From an uncultured delta proteobacterium (lineage in GTDB: Bacteria > Myxococcota_A > UBA9160 > UBA4427): a DNA stretch of 64,000 nt. The position numbers and the translations under genes are program-made. Position 1 is the stretch's first letter. Each line of letters starts with the position of its first letter. The notes under the pieces are model-generated. The model was not told the origin of the DNA and did no database searches. It worked only from the letters and a program-made list of their open reading frames with translations. Of this stretch, positions 46,965-57,077 are shown in pieces. The stretch lies in contig CAWGJT010000005.1 of assembly GCA_963822965.1 (NCBI GenBank), positions 1,600,001 through 1,664,000 of the forward strand, read 5' to 3'.

Positions 46965-48147
46965 CTACCGCGGCAGGCCCACCAGCTGGCGGGCCATGAT
47001 GACGCGCTGGATCTGGCCGGTTCCCTCGACGATGTCCATCGCCTTGACGTCGCGGTAGAGCTTCTCGATCAGATGGTCGCCGCGGGCGCCGACGGTCCCC
47101 AGCAGCTCCATGCCGAGGCTCGTCACCTCCATGCCCACCTGAGCGGCGACCGCCTTCGACATCGAGGCCTCGACGATGTTGGGCTTCTGCTGGTCGGCGA
47201 GCCAGCCGGCCTTCAGGCACATCATGCGGGCGAGCTTCAGCTTGCGCGCGGCGCGCTCGAGGCGGTCGCGCACCCGCTCGCGGCCCAGCAGGTCGTGCTC
47301 CCGCGCGAACGCCTGCGCCTCGTCGAGGGCCGCGCGACCGATCCCCACCGAGTTCGCCGCGATCACCGGCCGCCCGGCGTTGAAGGTGCTCATCGCCGTC
47401 TTGAAGCCCGCGCGCTGCTGGTAGCGCGCCTCGCCGCCCAGCAGGTTGCCGGCGGGAACCCGGCAGTCCTGCAGGGTGAAGGACGTCGACTCGTAGGCCT
47501 TGAGTCCCATCTTCTTCTCGATCTTGAAGCCGCCGAGACCCGGCGTTCCCTGCTCGACGAAGAAGGCGCGATGGGCCCCGCGACCCTTGCTCGGGTCGAG
47601 GGTCGCCTGCACCAGGATCCAGTCCGAGCGGCTGGCGTTGCCGATGAAGCACTTGGCGCCGTTCAGGATCCAGCCGTCGCCGTCCTTGCGAGCCGTGGTG
47701 CGGATGGCGGCGGCGTCCGAGCCGCAGCCGGGCTCGGTCATGCCGAAGCACGCCCAGCGCGGGCGCTCGGGCTCGAGGAACGGCGACAGGAAGCGCTCCT
47801 TCTGCTCGTCGGTTCCCATGGCGAGCACGTTGCCCTCGGGCAGGCCCACACCCGGGTGCGCGACGCCGACGCCGCGGTCCCAGTAGGCGAACTCCTCCGC
47901 CGACAGCAGGGCCATCACGGTGGAGCGCAGGCTCCGCGGCTCGTCGGAGGCGCTGCGGCCCCCCGGCCCCGGCCAGCGGGTTCGGCCCTCGCCGCGATCG
48001 ACGAGCTTCTGGAAGTACGGATCGTCCACGGGGATGGGCCGTCCCAGGCGGTCCGCCTCGAGGCCCACCGGCCGCGCCTCGCTGCGCCCGCGGTGCGCCA
48101 CCTCTTCGAGGCGCTCGCGCATGCGCGTCGTCGATCTCGAACTCCAT
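46965..48147 (-). CDS. acyl-CoA dehydrogenase, FadE23-like (frameshift near 48122)
   Basis: FGMTEPGCGSD, LNGAKCFIGN, RDVKAMDIVEGTGQIQ. Confidence 0.85.
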
Positions 48148-49252
48148 CACGCCCCCTTCGCGGCTGCGGCATGCGACACGTGCGACAGCGGGATGCGTCC
48201 GGCGGCCGCGCAGCAGCTCGCGCTCCGCCTCCTCGCGCGCCGCGTCGAGCCCGCCCAGCGCCAGGCCCAGGGCCCTCGATTCCCGCATGAACTTCTCCAC
48301 CGGGTAGTCCTGCATGAAGCCGTGGCCGCCGAGGATCTGCACGCCGCCCGGACCCACCAGCAGCGAGGCGTCGATGGCCTCGGCGTAGGCGGTGGCCGCC
48401 GCGGCGGTCGCGTCGAGGCCCCGGTCGAGGCGCCAGGCGGCCTCGTGGAGCAGCAGCCGCGCGCCGTCGACGGCCACCCGCATGTCGATGATGAGGAACG
48501 CGAGCGCCTGGTGGTGGGCGATGGGCCGCCCGAAGGCCTGGCGCTCGAGCGCGTAGCTCGCGCGAGAAGTCGGCGGCCTGCCGCAGCACTCCGACCAGGA
48601 GCGACGCCTGGTGGATGCGCGCCCGGGCGAGGGCGCGCGCCGCGGCCGCCGGGTCGTTCCAGCGCGCCGCGATGGGCGCGCCGTCGAGGTGGAGCTCCGA
48701 GGCGCCCGCCGCGCGCAAGCCGCTGCCGCGAAGCTCGCTGCCGCTCGATTCCCTCCCGGATGGCGACGGCGCCCTCGGGCCCCAGCACCAGCAGCAGGTC
48801 CACCCGGTCGGCGGGCACCCAGGGCACGTGTCCGGCCACCCGGGTGCCGATCTCGAGCCGCGCGTCGCCCGAAGCCACCAGCACCGCCCGCGACCCCTCG
48901 GCGCCCAGCAGCGGGCCCGCGAGCTCGCGGAGGGCCTCCTCGCCCCCCAGCTCCAACAGCGGGTAGAGGGCCGTCCCCAGCGGATCCAGCGCCAGGGCCG
49001 CGCCCGCATCGGCGGCCGCCAGCTCCTCGTTGACGAGGGCGCGGGCGACGGCGCCGAGCCCCGCACCCCCCAGCGATTCCGGCAGCTCGAGCCCGGCGAG
49101 ACCCGATCTCTGCGAAGCGCTTGCGCACCGCGGCGCTCACGTTCGCGCGCGGCTTCGTGCTCGCGCAGTCGCGGCACCAGCTCGTCCCGGCCGAAGCTGC
49201 CGGCCGTCTCGACGATCAGCTCCAGCTCCGGTCCCGGGTCAAAGTCGAACAC
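48147..49252 (-). CDS. acyl-CoA dehydrogenase, FadE24-like partner (several frameshifts)
   Basis: MFDFDP..., GLRAAG, ERQAFGRPIAHHQA, VQILGGHGFMQDYPVEKFMRE; stop overlaps the next ATG. Confidence 0.8.
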
Positions 49253-49309
49253 GGCAGCTCCTGAAGGATTCGGATTCGAACACGGCGGCTCCTGGACGCG
49301 ATAAGCCCG

Positions 49310-50092
49310 TCAGCTCCCGGTGAACTCGGGTACGCGCCGCTCCGCCATGGCGCGCACGCCCTCCCGGAAGTCGCCGGTCTTCTGCAGGCGTTCCTGCTCG
49401 GCCTTCTCCCGATCCGTCGCCTGGCGGATGCGGTCCGGCAGATCACCGCGCAGGGTCTCGCGAATGGACGCGACGGCGAGGGGAGCCGAGATGGCGATCT
49501 CCCGCGCCAGGGCGTGAGCCTCGTCCCGCAGATCGGCGAGGGCCACCAGGCGGTCGCACAGCCCCATCGAGAACGCCTCCTCGCCCGGCACCCGACGGCC
49601 GGTGTAGAGCAGCTCCATGGCGTGCTGCCTTCCGACGAGGTCGGGCAACGTGACCGAGAGGCCGAAGCCGTGGTGGAAGCCCAGGCGCGCGAAGTTCGCG
49701 CTGAAGCGGGCCTCGGGTGTCGCCACCCGGAAGTCGGGCATGAGCGCCAGGCCGAGCCCCCCGCCGATGGCCGCGCCCTGCACCGCCGCCACCACCGGGG
49801 TGCGCGTCGAGAAGAGCCGGACGGCCTCGTCGTAGAGGTGCCGCTGGCCGTCCGACGCCCCGGCGTCGCCACGGCCGCCGAGCTGGGCGCCGGCGCAGAA
49901 GCTCTTGCCCTCGGAGGCCAGCACGATGGCCCGGCAGCGCGCGTCGGCGTCGAGGGCCTCGAAGGCCTCGGCGAGGCTCGCGATGAGGGCGATGTCGAAG
50001 TAATTGTGGGGGGGCCGCCGGATCTCGACCCGGGCCACGTGGTCGTCGCCGAGATCGACCTGGACGTCGCCGAAGCTTCCGAACACCTTCAA
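49310..50092 (-). CDS. enoyl-CoA hydratase/isomerase
   Basis: SFCAGA, AVQGAAIGGGLGLAL, DFREGVRAMAERR; AAGGAGG RBS and TTG start. Confidence 0.9.
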   Translation of the reverse strand: MKVFGSFGDVQVDLGDDHVARVEIRRPPHNYFDIALIASLAEAFEALDADARCRAIVLASEGKSFCAGAQLGGRGDAGASDGQRHLYDEAVRLFSTRTPVVAAVQGAAIGGGLGLALMPDFRVATPEARFSANFARLGFHHGFGLSVTLPDLVGRQHAMELLYTGRRVPGEEAFSMGLCDRLVALADLRDEAHALAREIAISAPLAVASIRETLRGDLPDRIRQATDREKAEQERLQKTGDFREGVRAMAERRVPEFTGS

Positions 50093-50158
50093 GGCGGGCC
50101 TCCTTCGTTCCGAGATGGTACCTGTTTTCACGCGCACCCGTTTCCACAGGAGAAGAGC

Positions 50159-51437
50159 ATGGAGCCCCGCGCCGTCCTTTCCGTCGACGAGATCCATCTC
50201 TCGGACCCGCTGTTCTGGGTGCGCCCCTGGGAGGAGCGCGAGGGGGCCTTCCAGACCCTTCGTCGCGAGCGGCCGATGTCCTTCTACGAGGAGCCCGACA
50301 CCCGCGGTCTGGTTCCCCCGGGCCCGGGCTACTGGGCGGTCACGAAGCACGCGGACATCCTGCGTGCCAGCCGCGAGCCGCAGCTCTTCTGCTCGTCGAA
50401 GGGGGCCACCAGCATTCCCGACATGCCCGTCATGTTCCTGGAGTTCTTCGGGAGCTTCATCAACATGGACGACCCGAAGCACATCCGGCAACGCAAGCTG
50501 GTGTCTCCCGAGTTCACCCGCCAGCGCCTCGCGCGCCTCGACGAAAAGGTCGAGCGCGCCGCGCGCGAGGCCATCGACGCGGTCGTGGAGAAGGGCGAGT
50601 GCGACTTCGTCACCGAGCTCTCCGCACCGTTCCCGATCCGCATCATCTGCGACATGATGGGAATTCCGAAGAGCCAGCACCAGTTCGTGTTCGACCAGAC
50701 GAACGTGATCCTCGGGGCGGGAGACCCCGAGTACGTGCCCGAGGGCACCGACATCGCTGCGGCCCTGATCGCCGCCGGCAGCGGCCTGCGACAGCTGATG
50801 TTCGACCTCGCCGCCGCACCGCATGAAGACGCCGACGGACGACTTCACGTCGCGCCTGCTGCACGCGGAGATCGACGGCGACAAGCTCAGCCAGGAGGAT
50901 CTCGCCTCCTTCTTCATCCTGCTCGTGGCCGCGGGCAACGAGACGACCCGCAACGCCATCAGCCACGGCATGAAGGCCCTGCACGACCACCCCGACCAGC
51001 GCGCCATCTGGCAGAAGGACTTCGACGGCGTGTCGAAGACGGCGGTCGAGGAGATCGTGCGTTGGGCGAGCCCGGTGATCTTCATGCGCCGCACCACCAC
51101 CCAGCCCTGCGAGCTGGGCGGACAGCGGCTCGACGCGGGCGAGAAGCTGGTGCTCTTCTACGCGTCGGGCAATCGCGACGAGGACGTCTTCGACGACCCC
51201 TTCCGCTTCGACGTGCGTCGCACGCCGAACGAGCACGTGGGCTTCGGCGGGCCGGGGCCGCACTTCTGCCTGGGGGCGAACCTCGCCCGCCGCGAGATCC
51301 GCATCTTCTTCCGGCAGCTCTTCGAGCGGATGCCCGACATCGAGATCACCGGGCCGCCCGAGCGCCTGGCCTCGAACTTCATCCACGGCATCAAGCACAT
51401 GCCGTGCCGCTTCACGCCGGGGAAGATCGCCGCCTGA
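50159..51437 (+). CDS. cytochrome P450 (CYP124/CYP125-like; frameshift near 50815)
   Basis: MDDPKH, AGNETT, EIVR, FGGPGPHFCLGANLAR heme motif. Confidence 0.9.
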
Positions 51438-51496
51438 GCGCCGAAGCCGCCGCCGACCGACCGTCGCGGCGGCTCCGGGAACGCCAGCATACGATC

Positions 51497-51535
51497 AGGA
51501 GCGTGACCCAAGACTCCGTCTTGGGTCACGCTCCT
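51497..51535. terminator. perfect 18-bp stem hairpin between convergent genes
   Basis: AGGAGCGTGACCCAAGAC-TCC-GTCTTGGGTCACGCTCCT; no U-tract, so function is inferred from position. Confidence 0.55.
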
Positions 51536-52250
51536 AGGCCCGGACGTCGTCCCGCTCGACGCGTCCGTCGACGATGCGGATGATGCGGCGGGCGCGCTCC
51601 ATCACGCGCGGGTCGTGGGTCGAGAAGAGGAAGGTGGCCCCGCGCTCGCGGTTGAGCCGCTCCATCAGGGCGAGCAGGTTCTCGGCGGTCTCCGAATCGA
51701 CGTTGGCCGTGGGCTCGTCGGCCAGCACGATGGCCGGGTTCGAGACGATGGCGCGGGCGATCGCCACGCGCTGCTGCTGGCCGCCGGAGAGCTCGTCGGG
51801 GCGACGGTCCTCGAGCCCCGTCAGACCGACGTCCGCGAGCATCCGGCGCACCCTTTCGCGCCGCTCGTCGGGCGCCACCCCCTGCAGGGCCAGCACGATC
51901 TCCGCGTTCTCGTAGGCGGTGAGCACGGGCATCAGGTTGTAGGCCTGGAAGACGAAGCCGATGCGGTCGCGCCGCAGGTGCGAGAGCTCGCGCGCGGAGA
52001 GGCCCGGCCAGGTCGCGTCCCTCGACGCGCACGCTGCCCGTGGTGGGGCGGTCGAGGGCGCCGATCAGGTTGAGGGCCGTCGACTTGCCCGAGCCCGACG
52101 GACCCACCAGCGTGGCGAACTCGCCGGCGCGGATGGAGATCGAGAGCCCGCGCAGCGCCATCACCTCCACCGCGCCCTGCTGGTAGCGCTTCGTAAGCTC
52201 CAGGACCTCGACGATGGGGGGCGGCGCGCTCGCTCGCGAGGTTCTGTCAT
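51534..52250 (-). CDS. ABC transporter ATP-binding protein (LolD/MacB type; frameshifted)
   Basis: GPSGSGKST, LSGGQQQRVAIARA, LADEPT, STHD. Confidence 0.9.
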
Positions 52251-52259
52251 CCGGCCGCC

Positions 52260-53523
52260 TCAGCCGATCCGGATCGATTCGACGGGCGACACCCGGCCGG
52301 CGCTCCAGGCGGGATAGAGGCCCGCGAGCAGCGTCGCCACCAGCGCGCACGAGACGATCGCCACGGCATGGTCGGGATGGATGGCGGCCCGCAGCACCGG
52401 GGTCACCGCCACGCCGGCCACCTCGCTGGCGCCGACCCCGAGCCGCGACGAGAGGTCGAGCCCGACCGCCGACAGGTACCAGTAGGGCGCGACGATGAGC
52501 AGCGCCCCCGTGCCGCGAGGCCCACCAGCGCCAGCCACAGGCTCTCGCACATGACCATGCCGAAGAGCCGTCCGGGCGAGAAGCCGATCGCCAACAGGAT
52601 GCCGAACTCGCGCACGCGCTCCAGCACGCTCACGAAGAGCGTGTTGAAGATGCCGGCCGCCACGAGCAGCATGATGATGCCCTCCAGGATGCGCGCCGAC
52701 GCCACCTTCATCGCGATGAAGCCGGCGAGCTCGGGCTGGCTCTCGTACCACGGCCTCGCCGCGGCGGGCGAGACGCGATCCGCGAGGCGCGTCGCCACCT
52801 CGAGCGCCTTTCGTTGGTCGCGCAGGAAGAGCGCCACCTGCAGGGTCTCGTCGGGCTCGTAGTCGCAGCAGCCTGCGCACGCGCTCGAGAGGCAGCAGGC
52901 ACAGACCGCCGTCGACGCTCGGCGCGCCCGTGTGCACGATTCCGACGACGCGCGCCGCTTCCTGCACGATCTCGCCGTGCTTGTCGGTGAGGGTGTACAC
53001 CACCTTGCGACCGAGCCCGGCGTGCAGCTTGTCGGCGAGGCCGGAGCCGAGGAGGATCCCGCGGTCGTCCGCCGCTCGCGAAGACGCGACCCGCGGAGAC
53101 CGCGTCGAGGAGCGAGAGGGTGCCGGCGTCCTCGAGCGCGGGATCGAAGGCGATGAAGCCCGCGCCCTGGCTGCGTCCCGCGCTGGCCACCATCACGTTG
53201 CCCTCGATGCGCGGCACCGCACGCTCCACCTCGGGATCCGCCAGGGCCACCTCGCGCAGGCGCCCGGCGTCCTGCAGGGTGCGGCCGAAGCTCGGCAGCT
53301 CGAGATAGTCGCGGTGCTGCAGGCTCACGTGCCCGCCGCCCAGCCGCGCCGCGAGGTCGATCATCTGGCCGAAGTTCGCGTCGCCCATGGCGGTGAAGAG
53401 CACGGCGATCAGCGTTCCGAAGGCGATGGACGAGAGGGTGATGAGCGTCCGGCGGCGATTGCGCCACAGGTTCCGCCACGCCATGGACGCGATGCCCGTC
53501 GCCAAGCATTCCCTCCCGAACAT
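52260..53523 (-). CDS. ABC permease, FtsX/LolE-like (frameshifted)
   Basis: MAWRNLWRNRRRT, VLERVREFGILLAIG, LYPAWSAGRVSPVESIR. Confidence 0.85.
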
Positions 53524-53564
53524 CGCGTGACGCTGCCTCGTGCCGGAAAGCGCCGCCCCGGAGA

Positions 53565-54785
53565 TCAGTGGTGGCGCATGGCGTCCACCGGCTGCACGGC
53601 GGCCGCCTTCACGGCCGGGTACAGCACCGCCAGCCCCACGATGCCGAGCAGCACGACGATCGGCGTCGTGAAGGTGGCCGGACCGACCGCCGCCCGCCAC
53701 ACGGGCTCCATCGCGATCCCGAGCACCGAGGTGCCCGCGAGCGCGCCGAGATCGATGCCGGTGGTGGCGAGCTAGGCGACGGCGGGAATCGCGAGGACCA
53801 CCCCCAGGGCCACGGAAAGGACCACCTGGATGCCGCTCTCGAGCAGGATCAGGCGCAACACCTCGAAGGGACCGACGCCCAGGGCCTTGAGGACGCCGAG
53901 CTCGCGGATGCGCTCGAAGACCGCCATCAGCATGGCGTTCAGGACGAGCATCCCGATGGCGACGTAGATCAGGAAGAACATGGCGAGCATGATGCCGCGG
54001 GTCGAATCGAGCAGGGACGCGAGGGTCGGCAGCAGCTGACGCCAGGTCTTCACCTCGAGACCGCCGCGCCGCGGCCTGCACCTGCGCTGCGGCCGGCGCC
54101 AGGGTCCGAGGCCCTCGGGACGGCGCACGACGATCTGGTGCACGCCCGATGACACTCCCACCAGCTCGCGCAGGGTTTCGGCGTTCAGGAAGACGCCGCC
54201 GCGATCCGTGGCGTCGGCGATGCCCCGCAGCACGCCGCGAACGCGGTAGAGCGCGTAGGCCATGGCGCCGTCGATGCCCTGGGTGAGGACGACGATCTCG
54301 TCGCCCACGCCGACGCCGAGCATGCGGGCCAGCCGGCGTCCCAGCACCACGCCCTTCGGATCGCGATGGGTCGAGCCAGCTCCCCTCGGCCACCGCCTCG
54401 TCGATGCGCGACACCCGGGCGTCGCGATCCACGTCGATTCCGCGGAACGAGACGCCCGCCGACGACTCGCCGGCGGCCGCCAGGCCGAAGGCCAGCGACG
54501 CGAGGCGAGGCGGCGAAGCCGCTCTCCACCAGGGGCTCGATGACGGCGTCTGGGTCCTCGATCAGCGAGTCGAGGGCGGGATTCTCGCGGAAGTGGTCCG
54601 CGAAGATCTGCACGTCGCCCACCTCGAGGTCGAGGATGCTTCGCTCGACGCCCTCCAGGTAGCCGTCCATCAGGCCGGAATAGAGGATCATCACGAAGAG
54701 GCCGAAGCTCATGGCGGCGATCGTGACGCCAGGTGCGGCGACGGTTGCGCCACACGTTGCGCCATGCCATGGGGAAGAGGTCCAC
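53565..54785 (-). CDS. ABC permease, FtsX/LolE-like (frameshifts and one in-frame TAG)
   Basis: MAWRNVWRNRRRT, AVFERIRELGVLKALG, LYPAVKAAAVQPVDAMR. Confidence 0.83.
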
Positions 54786-54817
54786 GGGTCCTCCACCGGG
54801 GCGCGATCCCGCGAAGC

Positions 54818-55982
54818 CTATCGCGCCGGCTCTCCACCGCCGACCCGGGCCGGGAAGCCCGTGCAGAACGCGAGCATGGCCAGGATCAGCACCGACGCCA
54901 GCCAGAACGGCGCACCCATGGCGTGGTCGAAGAGTAGGCCGGCCGGCACGGGCCCCAGAGCCCGCGCCAGGGAGGCCCGCGAGGTGAACGTTCCCATCAC
55001 CGAGCCGCGGGTCGAAGGCGACGCGAACGAGGACGCCATGCTGATCATCGACGGCTGGCAGATGCCGCGGCCGACGGCGGAGACGGCCAGCGGTACGAGC
55101 AGGATGGCCACCGTCGGCGACAGGGGAATCGCCACGAACGCGGCCGCCATCAGGATGGCGCCGGCGAACAGGAGCTTGCGCTCGCCGAATCTCGCGGCGA
55201 GGAAGCGGATACCGCCCCCCTGAACGCCTCCCATCAGCACCGCCATGCCCACGAGAATGAAGGCGACGGCGCGCAGGTCGTAGTCGAACTTCACCTTCAT
55301 CAGCAGGGCGAAGACCGTCTCGAGCTGGGTGACCGCGAGCGAGAACAACAAGTTGGCCCAGCCGATGCGCCGCACCTGGGGGTTCGCCAGCACGGCTTTG
55401 CTGGTCAGCCGGGCGTGCTCGACTACGACCTTCTTCTCCGGCTCCACGAGCGTGGCCGCCGCGATCACGAAGTTGATCGCCGCCATGCCCGCGGCGAAGA
55501 GCAGCGGGACGTGATAGCCGTACGGACCGAGAATACCGCCGATGGCGGGGCCGAGCGTGAAGCCCACCGCGAACGATGCGCCCAGCAGCCCCATCCAGCG
55601 CGTCCGCTCGGACTCGTCGGTCGCGTCGGTGATGTAGGCGCTCGCCACGCTGATGTTGGCGGCGAAGACGCCGCCGAGCAGGCGTCCCGCGAAGAGCCAG
55701 GGCAGGGTCGGGGCGAGCCCGGTGAGCAGCAGTGCCGCGCTCGAGCCCGGCGATGGTCATCAGCATGACCGGGCGGCGGCCGATGCGATCGGAGAGCCGC
55801 CCCCACAGCGGGGCGAAGAGGAACTGCATGCTCGCGTAGCTCGCGACCAGGAGGCCCAGGGTGCTGGCGTCGGCCCCGAAGCCCACCACCATGAACGGGA
55901 GTACGGGCACGACGATCCCGAAGCCCACGAGATCGATCACCACGATGCTGAAGAGGACCGCCAGGGGGCGTCGGGTCTTCAT
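54818..55982 (-). CDS. MFS transporter, TetA/DHA1-like (frameshift near 55745)
   Basis: IDLVGFGIVVPVLP, GRLSDRIGRRPV (motif A), GFTLGPAIGG. Confidence 0.88.
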
Positions 55983-56262
55983 GTGCCTCGTTGTCCGCGC
56001 CCGACGCCTTCCGGTCCCGAGCCGCCGCTTCTTCGATCCGTCCGGCCGTCGGCTCCCTACTCAGGCCTGGGGCATTCCCACCCCAGACGATGGACGCGCC
56101 CGTGCCGCCTCGATCCCGCCGAGGGCACGGCGCCTCGCAAACGGCCGGCGGGCCGCAACTGTACCGCCGATATCCCTGGAAACGATGCTGGACTCACCTG
56201 CCCCGTTGTGGTTGGATGGTCCCGCGCCCGGTACCGGGGCGCTCCGGGAGCCTGCGAACGCG

Positions 56263-56917
56263 ATGCAATCCAGCTGTCTGCCTGTTTCCCGCCCCCTCCG
56301 ACGTCTTTTTCGAAGCCCTCTTCGAAGCCCGAGCCGATCGGGAGCCCGGTCGCGCACCGTCGCCCTCCTCGCGGCCGCCCTGTTCTGCCTGATCGCGGCG
56401 GGAACGGCAACCGCCGAAGACCAGTACGCGAGAGAAGGAGGAATCCGAGCTCCAGGGCATCGCGTCCGCGGGCTATACCCACTCCTTCCAGGACACCAAC
56501 CTGCCCGTCGGCGGCTCCTTCAGCGACGGCAACGGCCTCGACGTCCAGCTGGGCTTCCAGATCGGCGACTACGTGGCCTTCCTGGCGGGCTACGAGTGGC
56601 AGACCCAGAGCGATTACGACACCCACTTCTTCCCGGTCTCCGTGCGCGCCCTGTCGCCGTCGATCCTCGACCGGGTGCATCTCTACGGCCAGTTCGGCAT
56701 CGGGCTCCTCTACAGCAACCTGCACCACGAGTTCAACACCACCGGCGGCGAGAACGTGAAGGCGTCCGCCTTCCGGCTCGGGGGCGGGGTCGAGGTCGGC
56801 ATCACCGACCAGGTGTCCGCCATCGTCTACGGCGCCTGGCTGAAGGGCATGGGATCCGCCAACGACTACGAGTACGGTACTGCAGGCGTCGGGCTGCAGT
56901 ACCGCTGGGAGCTGTAG
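56263..56917 (+). CDS. small outer-membrane beta-barrel protein (frameshift near 56440)
   Basis: Signal peptide ending ATA-E; amphipathic strands LYGQFGIGLLY and FRLGGGVEV; C-terminal GVGLQYRWEL. Confidence 0.75.
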
Positions 56918-56919
56918 AA

Positions 56920-56968
56920 CTCCTTCGGCCGCGCTCGGCCTTTCGGCCTGCCTCCTTCGGCCGCGCTC
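56920..56968. repeat. 17-bp direct repeat, 2 copies
   Basis: CTCCTTCGGCCGCGCTC at 56920-56936 and 56952-56968. Confidence 0.8.
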
Positions 56969-57077
56969 TCAGCCTCGTCCGACCGCCGTGCGCCAGCCGC
57001 CCGGCGGGGACGCTTCGCTGGTTGGCGCTAGCGCGGCGATGGGTCAACGTCGGGGCGTGGAATCCGTCCCCCCGGCC

